A DNA stretch of 62,052 nt, the filler included, from Nemertoderma westbladi (lineage: Eukaryota > Animalia > Xenacoelomorpha): NCBI GenBank assembly GCA_032718475.1. It is 3 parts of 3 records of this genome, joined end to end, with 100 filler letters (N's around TTAATTAATTAA, not from the genome) between each part and the next. Parts side by side here need not be neighbours in the genome. Positions count along the whole stretch, not along the records: positions 31,746 to 57,828 come from JAUCBJ010004397.1; 2 more parts are not named here. One strand, given 5' to 3'. The translations under genes were made by a program, and so were the position numbers. The notes under the pieces were generated by a model that was not told the origin of the DNA, did no database searches, and worked only from the letters and a program-made list of their open reading frames with translations. Numbering within the stretch: the first letter of the stretch is position 1; each line of letters starts with the position of its first letter. Below, one piece after another: positions 40,501 through 53,437 of the stretch.

Positions 40501-43500
40501 GAATCTTGTTTTAACTTGGATATAGGTGAATCTTGTTTTAACTTGGATATAGGTGAATCTTGTTTTAACTTGGATATAGGTGAATCTTGTTTTAACTTGG
40601 ATATAGGTGAATCTTGTTTTAACTTGGATATAGGTGAATCTTGTTTTAACTTGGATATAGGTGAATCTTGTTTTAACTTGGATATAGGTGAATCTTGTTT
40701 TAACTTGGATATAGGTGAATCTTGTTTTAACTTGGATATAGGTGAATCTTGTTTTAACTTGGATATAGGTGAATCTTGTTTTAACTTGGATATAGGTGAA
40801 TCTTGTTTTAACTTGGATATAGGTGAATCTTGTTTTAACTTGGATATAGGTGAATCTTGTTTTAACTTGGATATAGGTGAATCTTGTTTTAACTTGGATA
40901 TAGGTGAATCTTGTTTTAACTTGGATATAGGTGAATCTTGTTTTAACTTGGATATAGGTGAATCTTGTTTTAACTTGGATATAGGTGAATCTTGTTTTAA
41001 CTTGGATATAGGTGAATCTTGTTTTAACTTGGATATAGGTGAATCTTGTTTTAACTTGGATATAGGTGAATCTTGTTTTAACTTGGATATAGGTGAATCT
41101 TGTTTTAACTTGGATATAGGTGAATCTTGTTTTAACTTGGATATAGGTGAATCTTGTTTTAACTTGGATATAGGTGAATCTTGTTTTAACTTGGATATAG
41201 GTGAATCTTGTTTTAACTTGGATATAGGTGAATCTTGTTTTAACTTGGATATAGGTGAATCTTGTTTTAACTTGGATATAGGTGAATCTTGTTTTAACTT
41301 GGATATAGGTGAATCTTGTTTTAACTTGGATATAGGTGAATCTTGTTTTAACTTGGATATAGGTGAATCTTGTTTTAACTTGGATATAGGTGAATCTTGT
41401 TTTAACTTGGATATAGGTGAATCTTGTTTTAACTTGGATATAGGTGAATCTTGTTTTAACTTGGATATAGGTGAATCTTGTTTTAACTTGGATATAGGTG
41501 AATCTTGTTTTAACTTGGATATAGGTGAATCTTGTTTTAACTTGGATATAGGTGAATCTTGTTTTAACTTGGATATAGGTGAATCTTGTTTTAACTTGGA
41601 TATAGGTGAATCTTGTTTTAACTTGGATATAGGTGAATCTTGTTTTAACTTGGATATAGGTGAATCTTGTTTTAACTTGGATATAGGTGAATCTTGTTTT
41701 AACTTGGATATAGGTGAATCTTGTTTTAACTTGGATATAGGTGAATCTTGTTTTAACTTGGATATAGGTGAATCTTGTTTTAACTTGGATATAGGTGAAT
41801 CTTGTTTTAACTTGGATATAGGTGAATCTTGTTTTAACTTGGATATAGGTGAATCTTGTTTTAACTTGGATATAGGTGAATCTTGTTTTAACTTGGATAT
41901 AGGTGAATCTTGTTTTAACTTGGATATAGGTGAATCTTGTTTTAACTTGGATATAGGTGAATCTTGTTTTAACTTGGATATAGGTGAATCTTGTTTTAAC
42001 TTGGATATAGGTGAATCTTGTTTTAACTTGGATATAGGTGAATCTTGTTTTAACTTGGATATAGGTGAATCTTGTTTTAACTTGGATATAGGTGAATCTT
42101 GTTTTAACTTGGATATAGGTGAATCTTGTTTTAACTTGGATATAGGTGAATCTTGTTTTAACTTGGATATAGGTGAATCTTGTTTTAACTTGGATATAGG
42201 TGAATCTTGTTTTAACTTGGATATAGGTGAATCTTGTTTTAACTTGGATATAGGTGAATCTTGTTTTAACTTGGATATAGGTGAATCTTGTTTTAACTTG
42301 GATATAGGTGAATCTTGTTTTAACTTGGATATAGGTGAATCTTGTTTTAACTTGGATATAGGTGAATCTTGTTTTAACTTGGATATAGGTGAATCTTGTT
42401 TTAACTTGGATATAGGTGAATCTTGTTTTAACTTGGATATAGGTGAATCTTGTTTTAACTTGGATATAGGTGAATCTTGTTTTAACTTGGATATAGGTGA
42501 ATCTTGTTTTAACTTGGATATAGGTGAATCTTGTTTTAACTTGGATATAGGTGAATCTTGTTTTAACTTGGATATAGGTGAATCTTGTTTTAACTTGGAT
42601 ATAGGTGAATCTTGTTTTAACTTGGATATAGGTGAATCTTGTTTTAACTTGGATATAGGTGAATCTTGTTTTAACTTGGATATAGGTGAATCTTGTTTTA
42701 ACTTGGATATAGGTGAATCTTGTTTTAACTTGGATATAGGTGAATCTTGTTTTAACTTGGATATAGGTGAATCTTGTTTTAACTTGGATATAGGTGAATC
42801 TTGTTTTAACTTGGATATAGGTGAATCTTGTTTTAACTTGGATATAGGTGAATCTTGTTTTAACTTGGATATAGGTGAATCTTGTTTTAACTTGGATATA
42901 GGTGAATCTTGTTTTAACTTGGATATAGGTGAATCTTGTTTTAACTTGGATATAGGTGAATCTTGTTTTAACTTGGATATAGGTGAATCTTGTTTTAACT
43001 TGGATATAGGTGAATCTTGTTTTAACTTGGATATAGGTGAATCTTGTTTTAACTTGGATATAGGTGAATCTTGTTTTAACTTGGATATAGGTGAATCTTG
43101 TTTTAACTTGGATATAGGTGAATCTTGTTTTAACTTGGATATAGGTGAATCTTGTTTTAACTTGGATATAGGTGAATCTTGTTTTAACTTGGATATAGGT
43201 GAATCTTGTTTTAACTTGGATATAGGTGAATCTTGTTTTAACTTGGATATAGGTGAATCTTGTTTTAACTTGGATATAGGTGAATCTTGTTTTATCTTGG
43301 ATATAGGTGAATCTTGTTTTAACTTGGATATAGGTGAATCTTGTTTTAACTTGGATATAGGTGAATCTTGTTTTAACTTGGATATAGGTGAATCTTGTTT
43401 TAACTTGGATATAGGTGAATCTTGTTTTAACTTGGATATAGGTGAATCTTGTTTTAACTTGGATATAGGTGAATCTTGTTTTAACTTGGATATAGGTGAA

Positions 43501-46500
43501 TCTTGTTTTAACTTGGATATAGGTGAATCTTGTTTTAACTTGGATATAGGTGAATCTTGTTTTAACTTGGATATAGGTGAATCTTGTTTTAACTTGGATA
43601 TAGGTGAATCTTGTTTTAACTTGGATATAGGTGAATCTTGTTTTAACTTGGATATAGGTGAATCTTGTTTTAACTTGGATATAGGTGAATCTTGTTTTAA
43701 CTTGGATATAGGTGAATCTTGTTTTAACTTGGATATAGGTGAATCTTGTTTTAACTTGGATATAGGTGAATCTTGTTTTAACTTGGATATATAGGTGAAT
43801 CTTGTTTTAACTTGGATATAGGTGAATCTTGTTTTAACTTGGATATAGGTGAATCTTGTTTTAACTTGGATATAGGTGAATCTTGTTTTAACTTGGATAT
43901 AGGTGAATCTTGTTTTAACTTGGATATAGGTGAATCTTGTTTTAACTTGGATATAGGTGAATCTTGTTTTAACTTGGATATAGGTGAATCTTGTTTTAAC
44001 TTGGATATAGGTGAATCTTGTTTTAACTTGGATATAGGTGAATCTTGTTTTAACTTGGATATTAGGTGAATCTTGTTTTAACTTGGATATAGGTGAATCT
44101 TGTTTTAACTTGGATATAGGTGAATCTTGTTTTAACTTGGATATAGGTGAATCTTGTTTTAACTTGGATATAGGTGAATCTTGTTTTAACTTGGATATAG
44201 GTGAATCTTGTTTTAACTTGGATATAGGTGAATCTTGTTTTAACTTGGATATAGGTGAATCTTGTTTTAACTTGGATATAGGTGAATCTTGTTTTAACTT
44301 GGATATAGGTGAATCTTGTTTTAACTTGGATATAGGTGAATCTTGTTTTAACTTGGATATAGGTGAATCTTGTTTTTATTTGGATATAGGTGAATCTTGT
44401 TTTAACTTGGATATAGGTGAATCTTGTTTTAACTTGGATATAGGTGAATCTTGTTTTAACTTGGATATAGGTGAATCTTGTTTTAACTTGGATATAGGTG
44501 AATCTTGTTTTAACTTGGATATAGGTGAATCTTGTTTTAACTTGGATATAGGTGAATCTTGTTTTAACTTGGATATAGGTGAATCTTGTTTTAACTTGGA
44601 TATAGGTGAATCTTGTTTTAACTTGGATATAGGTGAATCTTGTTTTAACTTGGATATAGGTGAATCTTGTTTTAACTTGGATATAGGTGAATCTTGTTTT
44701 AACTTGGATATAGGTGAATCTTGTTTTAACTTGGATATAGGTGAATCTTGTTTTAACTTGGATATAGGTGAATCTTGTTTTAACTTGGATATAGGTGAAT
44801 CTTGTTTTAACTTGGATATAGGTGAATCTTGTTTTAACTTGGATATAGGTGAATCTTGTTTTAACTTGGATATAGGTGAATCTTGTTTTAACTTGGATAT
44901 ATAGGTGAATCTTGTTTTAACTTGGATATAGGTGAATCTTGTTTTAACTTGGATATAGGTGAATCTTGTTTTAACTTGGATATAGGTGAATCTTGTTTTA
45001 ACTTGGATATAGGTGAATCTTGTTTTAACTTGGATATAGGTGAATCTTGTTTTAACTTGGATATAGGTGAATCTTGTTTTAACTTGGATATAGGTGAATC
45101 TTGTTTTAACTTGGATATAGGTGAATCTTGTTTTAACTTGGATATAGGTGAATCTTGTTTTAACTTGGATATAGGTGAATCTTGTTTTAACTTGGATATA
45201 GGTGAATCTTGTTTTAACTTGGATATAGGTGAATCTTGTTTTAACTTGGATATAGGTGAATCTTGTTTTAACTTGGATATAGGTGAATCTTGTTTTAACT
45301 TGGATATAGGTGAATCTTGTTTTAACTTGGATATAGGTGAATCTTGTTTTAACTTGGATATAGGTGAATCTTGTTTTAACTTGGATATAGGTGAATCTTG
45401 TTTTAACTTGGATATAGGTGAATCTTGTTTTAACTTGGATATAGGTGAATCTTGTTTTAACTTGGATATAGGTGAATCTTGTTTTAACTTGGATATAGGT
45501 GAATCTTGTTTTAACTTGGATATAGGTGAATCTTGTTTTAACTTGGATATAGGTGAATCTTGTTTTAACTTGGATATAGGTGAATCTTGTTTTAACTTGG
45601 ATATAGGTGAATCTTGTTTTAACTTGGATATAGGTGAATCTTGTTTTAACTTGGATATAGGTGAATCTTGTTTTAACTTGGATATATAGGTGAATCTTGT
45701 TTTAACTTGGATATAGGTGAATCTTGTTTTAACTTGGATATAGGTGAATCTTGTTTTAACTTGGATATAGGTGAATCTTGTTTTAACTTGGATATAGGTG
45801 AATCTTGTTTTAACTTGGATATAGGTGAATCTTGTTTTAACTTGGATATAGGTGAATCTTGTTTTAACTTGGATATAGGTGAATCTTGTTTTAACTTGGA
45901 TATAGGTGAATCTTGTTTTAACTTGAATATAGGTGAATCTTGTTTTAACTTGGATATAGGTGAATCTTGTTTTAACTTGGATATAGGTGAATCTTGTTTT
46001 AACTTGGATATAGGTGAATCTTGTTTTAACTTGGATATAGGTGAATCTTGTTTTAACTTGAATATAGGTGAATCTTGTTTTAACTTGGATATAGGTGAAT
46101 CTTGTTTTAACTTGGATATAGGTGAATCTTGTTTTAACTTGGATATAGGTGAATCTTGTTTTAACTTGGATATAGGTGAATCTTGTTTTAATTGTATACA
46201 GGTGAATCTTGTTTTAACTTGGATACAGGTGAATCTTGTTTTAACTTGGATATAGGTGAATCTTGTTTTAACTTGGATATAGGTGAATCTTGTTTTAACT
46301 TGGATATAGGTGAATCTTGTTTTAACTTGGATATATAGGTGAATCTTGTTTTAACTTGGATATAGGTGAATCTTGTTTTAACTTGGATATAGGTGAATCT
46401 TGTTTTAACTTGGATATAGGTGAATCTTGTTTTAACTTGGATATAGGTGAATCTTGTTTTAACTTGGATATGGGTGAATCTTGTTTTAACTTGGATATAG

Positions 46501-47678
46501 GTGAATCTTGTTTTAACTTGGATATAGGTGAATCTTGTTTTAACTTGGATATATAGGTGAATCTTGTTTTAACTTGGATAAGGTGAATCTTGTTTTAACT
46601 TGAATATAGGTGAATCTTGTTTTAACTTGGATATAGGTGAATCTTGTTTTAACTTGGATAAGGTGAATCTTGTTTTAACTTGGATATAGGTGAATCTTGT
46701 TTTAACTTGGATATAGGTGAATCTTGTTTTAACTTGGATATAGGTGAATCTTGTTTTAACTTGGATATAGGTGAATCTTGTTTTAACTTGGATATATAGG
46801 TGAATCTTGTTTTAACTTGGATATAGGTGAATCTTGTTTTAACTTGGATATAGGTGAATCTTGTTTTAACTTGGATATAGGTGAATCTTGTTTTAACTTG
46901 GATATAGGTGAATCTTGTTTTAACTTGGATATGGGTGAATCTTGTTTTAACTTGGATATAGGTGAATCTTGTTTTAACTTGGATATAGGTGAATCTTGTT
47001 TTAACTTGGATATATAGGTGAATCTTGTTTTAACTTGGATAAGGTGAATCTTGTTTTAACTTGGATATAGGTGAATCTTGTTTTAACTTGGATATAGGTG
47101 AATCTTGTTTTAACTTGGATATAGGTGAATCTTGTTTTAACTTGGATATAGGTGAATCTTATTTTAACTTGGATATAGGTGAATCTTGTTTTAACTTGGA
47201 TATAGGTGAATCTTGTTTTAACTTGGATATAGGTGAGTCTTGTTTTAACTTGGATATATAGGTGAATCTTGTTTTAACTTGGATAAGGTGAACCTTGTTT
47301 TAACTTGGATATAGGTGAATCTTGTTTTAACTTGGATATAGGTGAATCTTGTTTTAACTTGGATATAGGTGAATCTTGTTTTAACTTGGATATAGGTGAA
47401 TCTTGTTTTAGCTTGGATATAGGTGTGTTTTAACTTGGATATAGGTGAATCTTGTTTTAACTTGGATATAGGTGAATCTTGTTTTAACTTGGATATAGGT
47501 GAATCTTGTTTTAACTTGGATATAGGTGAATCTTGTTTTAACTTGGATATAGGTGAATCTTGTTTTTTTTTGGATATAGGTGAATCTTGTTTTAACTTGG
47601 ATATAGGTGAATCTTGTTTTAACTTGGATACAGGTGAATCTTGTTTTAACTTGGATATATGTGAATCTTGTTTTAACT
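34517..47678. repeat. 13.2-kb intronic satellite, 27-bp unit AACTTGGATATAGGTGAATCTTGTTTT (~485 copies)
   Basis: Directly visible. Near-perfect core at 40111-43794. Variant strings are duplicated at offsets 3667 (34984 vs 38651) and 461 (46356 vs 46817). Confidence 0.99.
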
Positions 47679-48610
47679 GAGTGATGTGTTGTCTTTAAGT
47701 GAAATTTACAACATGTGTGCCATAAATGACACACTGTGATTTCCTCATTTAGCATTTGTTTCTAGAGCTTTCCAATGAACATCATTATTTGTTTTGGGTT
47801 AGGCCTATAGTAATAACGGTATCCTACATCTCTCTATATGCAAACCGGCTACAGTGATAATTTCAAGAATACAAAAAACTTAATTTTTTTTATTTTCAAA
47901 TTTCTGACTGAGGGGCAAGTGGGGGGGGGGGGGGGGGGGCAGCTATTTTTAGGTACTTTATTAAGTATGCCTATATAGGCCACACTACAGGATCGGATAA
48001 GAGTGTGATCTAAAGGGACAAAAATTCCAGGATTTTCAAAATGTGAAAAATTGAAATTTTTTACAAGTATTTCAACCAATTTAAACGCAAGTCGAGAACA
48101 CTGCCCATATGGTGTAACTGATTATACTAGTTTTGAAATCGTCTCGTTGGAAATCAAAAATTTATAAAAAAAACGTTTGTCAAATTTGGTCAACTATTAA
48201 CGATTTTACAGAAAATAAAATTTTCTTTAAAATATCAACATTTTGTATAAAATATTGACTTTTTTTTCAAATTAGTTTTTAAAAAAAAAATTTTTAAGAC
48301 CATTTATGTTAGCTTTAATTTGAGATGATAACGAACAAAATCGGAAGCAACATTTTTTTTGCTATTTTGGCCAACTCTGTATCACTGTGCTGATGTTCCC
48401 ATTTTGGTGGTCCATGCTCCGAAAGGTCCACAATTTTTAATATTTCAAATAATGCACGATATGTTACTAAGGTAACTGAGGCATAAAAATATACAATCTA
48501 AATGCTGGGAAATGAATAATTGTCCACTAAAATGTTAGCGAAGATTTTTTCACAGAAATATATTGTCCTTGCATGCATTGTATATAGGGTAATGGTGAGC
48601 TGCTCTAAAT

Positions 48611-48891
48611 GGCGGGGTAGCTCAGTTGGTTGTGCGCCGGGCCTGCAATCTAATGGATGTAGGGTCAGCCCCACCAGGGTCCCCTCAGCTTTTCATCCAC
48701 TGGGGTCGATAAAATGAGTACCAGTTAAATAACTGGGAGCGCAAGTCTTGGGATAGGAGAAGCGCCCACCCCTACCCTCGGGTAGCAGATAGGAGTAGCG
48801 CCCACCACTACCCTCGGGTAGCAGCTATCGAAAGAGGAGCCTTCGGGTCGCCTCCGGCTTCGGCCGACTGTTTGCTTTTTTGCTTTATTTT
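48611..48891 (+). mobile_element. tRNA-derived SINE with Nin/Deu-like core, flanked by a 10-bp TSD
   Basis: A-box TAGCTCAGTTGG and degenerate tRNA head. Core CTCAGCTTTTCATCC...GGGGTCGATAAAATGAGTACCAG. Internal 36-bp duplication and T-rich tail. TSD TGCTCTAAAT at 48601-48610 and 48892-48901. Confidence 0.85.
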
Positions 48892-48978
48892 TGCTCTAAA
48901 TAATTTGTGTTGCTAATTGCCGAATAAGTTGCCACATGTAAACAATGTAAACTTTCCTATCATTATTATTACCCGCAG

Positions 48979-49197
48979 GTTCCGGGAAGACTCGATGTTA
49001 CGAAGTTCTACGGGACGCATTGACCGCCCTAAAGGGTGAGCCAGCTATCGGTGGTGGTGTTTACTCTCCCGTACAAACGTTTGTACTCAATCCCAAGTCA
49101 ATCACTATGGGACAACTTTACGGAGAGTTTGATTTGCTGACACACGAATGGACCGACGGTATTCTATCCTGTCTCATTAGAGGCGGGGTATCTGCAG
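48979..49197 (+). CDS. DNAH1: Next dynein heavy chain exon (AAA2)
   Basis: Acceptor CCCGCAG| in phase 1 completes the Walker A motif GPTG-SGKT. Continues CYEVLRDALTALKGEP...VLNPKSITMGQLYGEFDLLTHEWTDGI. Donor G|GTAGGA. Confidence 0.92.
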
Positions 49198-49317
49198 GTA
49201 GGACAACCATTACATAAATAAACCTTAACATTTTCTTAAATAGAACATCAAGTGGATTCTATTACGATTAGATGAAAGTTTCCATTATATTTCATTACTC
49301 TAGTACCCCAATCTAGT

Positions 49318-49655
49318 GTCGCACTGTCCGAGTGGATACGGAAACACGCTTGAATTGCTTTCACAATATGGTTTGGCGGCGCAGGTTGAAATCCGACTAA
49401 AGGCTGTAGAAATTTCGTTAAGACATCTTAGTCATTTCATTAGTGCTTGTTTTCCCAAACTCAATGGTACAATGGGAACATGGCTGCTGCTGGGGGAGTA
49501 TAGAAAGGGTTGGATAGTTAAGGAGTGTTCACACTTGGGGGTTAGTGTGGCGCCCTCCCCACCTTTTGGGGTAACAGCCAAGAGATAGTAGCCTTCGGGC
49601 TGCTTTCTGTGTTCAGTGTTTCACACTTTCACCGATGATCACTTTACTTTGTTTT
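49318..49655 (+). mobile_element. Second tRNA-derived SINE (Leu/Ser-like head)
   Basis: A-box TGTCCGAGTGG, B-box-like GGTTGAAATCC, 3' GCCTTCGGGC hairpin and CTTTACTTT tail similar to the first SINE. Confidence 0.55.
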
Positions 49656-50069
49656 TAGTTTTGGCGCCTCAATAAATGCCGTAACATTTTAGGAACGATT
49701 TCAATTATATTTTCGTTATCTCGGCTTAAATGGTAATTTGGTTGGTTTGGTAGGATTGTAAACAATGATCAAGTCTAAATGTCAAATTTAGACTTGATCA
49801 TGGATCTATTACATCTTAAGGTAACAACCAGGTAACACAATTTACACGCGATTACCTTGGCAATAATATTATATAAATTCTAGAAAGACATTCTAATACT
49901 TTCTTTTCTATGAACCTTAGCGATCATACACCACCCACCATATTAACATTTTAAAAATGATAACGACATTATGAATAAAATAGTTCCGTAAATAGTTCCG
50001 TAATTATTAACATCAGCTATTTACATCAGACCACTACTGTGTAGTAGGAGGATTCTATGAAGTGTTAAG

Positions 50070-53000
50070 GTGGAGGCCACTAGTGTAGTGTTAATGTGGG
50101 AGGCCACTCTCTAGTGTTAATGTGGGAGGCCACTGTGTAGTGTTAATGTGGGAGGCCACTCTCTAGTGTTAATGTGGGAGGCCACTGTGTAGTGTTAATG
50201 TGGGAGGCCACTCTCTAGTGTTAATGTGGGAGGCCACTCTCTAGTGTTAATGTGGGAGGCCACTGTGTAGTGTTAATGTGGGAGGCCACTCTCTAGTGTT
50301 AATGTGGGAGGCCACTGTGTAGTGTTAATGTGGGAGGCCACTCTCTAGTGTTAATGTGGGAGGCCACTCTCTAGTGTTAATGTGGGAGGCCACTGTGTAG
50401 TGTTAATGTGGGAGGCCACTGTGTAGTGTTTATGTTGGAGGCCACTGTGTAGTGTTAATGTGGGAGGCCACTCTCTAGTGTTAATGTGGGAGGCCACTCT
50501 CTAGTGTTAATGTGGGAGGCCACTGTGTAGTGTTAATGTGGGAGGCCACTGTGTAGTGTTTATGTTGGAGGCCACTGTGTAGTGTTAATGTGGGAAGCCA
50601 CTGTGTAGTGTTAATGTGAGAGGCCAGTGTGTAGTGTTAATGGGAGGCCACTGTGTAGTGTTAATGTGGGAGGCCACTCTCTAGTGTTAATGTGGGAGGC
50701 CACTCTCTAGTGTTAATGTGGGAGGCCACTGTGTAGTGTTAATGTGGGAGGCCACTGTGTAGTGTTTATGTTGGAGGCCACTGTGTAGTGTTAATGTGGG
50801 AAGCCACTGTGTAGTGTTAATGGGAGGCCACTGTGTAGTGTTAATGTGGGAGTCCACTGTGTAGTGTTAATGTGGGAGGCCACTCTCTAGTGTTAATGTG
50901 GGAGGCCACTCTCTAGTGTTAATGTGGGAGGCCACTGTGTAGTGTTAATGTGGGAGGCCACTCTCTAGTGTTAATGTGGGAGGCCACTCTCTAGTGTTAA
51001 TGTGGGAGGCCACTGTGTAGTGTTAATGTGGGAGGCCACTGTGTAGTGTTTATGTTGGAGTCCACTGTGTAGTGTTAATGTGAGAGGCCAGTGTGTAGTG
51101 TTAATGGGAGGCCACTAGTGTAGTGTTAATGTGGGAGGCCACTCTCTAAGTGTTAATGTGGGAGGCCACTCTCTAGTGTTAATGTGGGAGGCCACTGTGT
51201 AGTGTTAATGTGGGAGGCCACTGTGTAGTGTTTATGTTGGAGGCCACTGTGTAGTGTTAATGTGGGAGGCCACTCTCTAGTGTTAATGTGGGAGGCCACT
51301 GTGTAGTGTTAATGTGGGAGGCCACTCTCTAGTGTTAATGTGGGAGGCCACTGTGTAGTGTTAATGTGGGAGGCCACTCTCTAGTGTTAATGTGGGAGGC
51401 CACTCTCTAGTGTTAATGTGGGAGGCCACTGTGTAGTGTTAATGTGGGAGGCCACTGTGTAGTGTTTATGTTGGAGGCCACTGTGTAGTGTTAATGTGGG
51501 AGGCCACTCTCTAGTGTTAATGTGGGAGGCCACTCTCTAGTGTTAATGTGGGAGGCCACTGTGTAGTGTTAATGTGGGAGGCCACTGTGTAGTGTTTATG
51601 TTGGAGGCCACTGTGTAGTGTTAATGTGGGAAGCCACTGTGTAGTGTTAATGTGAGAGGCCAGTGTGTAGTGTTAATGGGAGGCCACTGTGTAGTGTTAA
51701 TGTGGGAGGCCACTCTCTAGTGTTAATGTGGGAGGCCACTCTCTAGTGTTAATGTGGGAGGCCACTGTGTAGTGTTAATGTGGGAGGCCACTGTGTAGTG
51801 TTTATGTTGGAGTCCACTGTGTAGTGTTAATGTGAGAGGCCAGTGTGTAGTGTTAATGGGAGGCCACTAGTGTAGTGTTAATGTGGGAGGCCACTCTCTA
51901 GTGTTAATGTGGGAGGCCACTCTCTAGTGTTAATGTGGGAGGCCACTGTGTAGTGTTAATGTGGGAGGCCACTGTGTAGTGTTTATGTTGGAGGCCACTG
52001 TGTAGTGTTAATGTGGGAGACCACTCTCTAGTGTTAATGTGGGAGGCCACTCTCTAGTGTTAATGTGGGAGGCCACTGTGTAGTGTTAATGTGGGAGGCC
52101 ACTGTGTAGTGTTTATGTTGGAGGCCACTGTGTAGTGTTAATGTGGGAAGCCACTGTGTAGTGTTAATGTGAGAGGCCAGTGTGTAGTGTTAATGGGAGG
52201 CCACTGTGTAGTGTTAACGGGAGGCCACTAGTGTAGTGTTAATGTGGGAGGCCACTCTGTAGTGTTAATGTGGGAGGCCACTGTGTAGTGTTAATGTGGG
52301 AGGCCACTGTGTAGTGTTTATGTGGGAGGCCACTGTGTAGTGTTTATGTGGGAGGCCACTGTGTAGTGTTAATGTGAGAGGCCAGTGTGTAGTGTTAATG
52401 GGAGGCCACTGTGTAGTGTTAACGGGAGGCCACTAGTGTAGTGTTAATTTGGGAGGCCACTCTGTAGTGTTAATGTGGGAGGCCACTGTGTAGTGTTAAT
52501 GTGGGAGGCCACTGTGTAGTGTTTATGTGGGAGGCCAGTGTGTAGTGTTAATGGGAGGCCACTGTGTAGTGTTAACGGGAGGCCACTAGTGTAGTGTTAA
52601 TGTGGGAGGCCACTCCGTAGTGTTAATGTGGGAGGCCACTCTGTAGTGTTAATGTGGGAGGCCACTGTGTAGTGTTAATGTGGGAGGCCACTGTGTAGTG
52701 TTAATGGGAGGCCACTAGTGTAGTGTTAATGTGGGAGGCCACTGTGTAGTGTTAATGGGAGGGCAGTGTGTAGCGTTAATGTGGGAGGCCACTGTGTAGT
52801 GTTAATGGGTGGCCACTGTGTAGTGTTGATGTGGGAGGCCACTGTGTAGAGTTAATGGGAGGCCACTGTGTAGTGTTAATGTGGGAGTCCACTGTGTAGT
52901 GTTAATGTGGGAGGCCACTGTGTAGTGCTAATGTGGGAGGCCATTGTTTAGATTTAATGGGAGGCCACTGTGTAGAGTTAATGTGGGAGGCCAGTGTGTA

Positions 53001-53133
53001 GTGTTAAAGTGGTAGGCCACTGTGTAGCGTTAACGGGAGGCCACTGCGTAGTGTTAACGGGAGGCCACTGTGTAGTGTTATTATGGGGCAGGCCACTGTG
53101 TAGTGTTAATGGGGGAGGTGAGGCCACTGTGTA
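50070..53133. repeat. 3-kb 26-bp satellite GTGTTAATGTGGGAGGCCACT(GTG/CTC)TA
   Basis: Directly visible. Two interleaved unit variants, degenerating toward 53100. Confidence 0.99.
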
Positions 53134-53437
53134 ATTGTTATTAATTTTATTCTGCTGATTTAATCTACTTATGTGTGCACATCAATGTTACCACCCCCCC
53201 CCCCCCCGCACCAACTCGTTTCACCCTAGCTGCTGTTTGCTATGTAAAACGGCTGATAATAACGGCGTGGGTTGTTCCTCATTGTTGTGGTGATGAGTTA
53301 TCCCAAAATCTGGGGGACATCTTATACATTGCATCTTTAGTAACGATATAACATTATATGTGACATACAATACTAATTATTCCTATGCTGTGTCATACTA
53401 TTGATATAACTATATGCGGTATGATGACATAGCTTAA

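Noticed and set aside
34683-47680. Long DIGESCFNL-repeat ORFs (up to 1227 aa) as a standalone gene
   Set aside because: TTG pseudo-starts, frequent 1-2-bp indels, no synonymous variation, and location inside the dynein intron.
48611-48685. tRNA-Cys gene
   Set aside because: B-box and T-arm are degenerate, and the sequence continues into a SINE body with a TSD.
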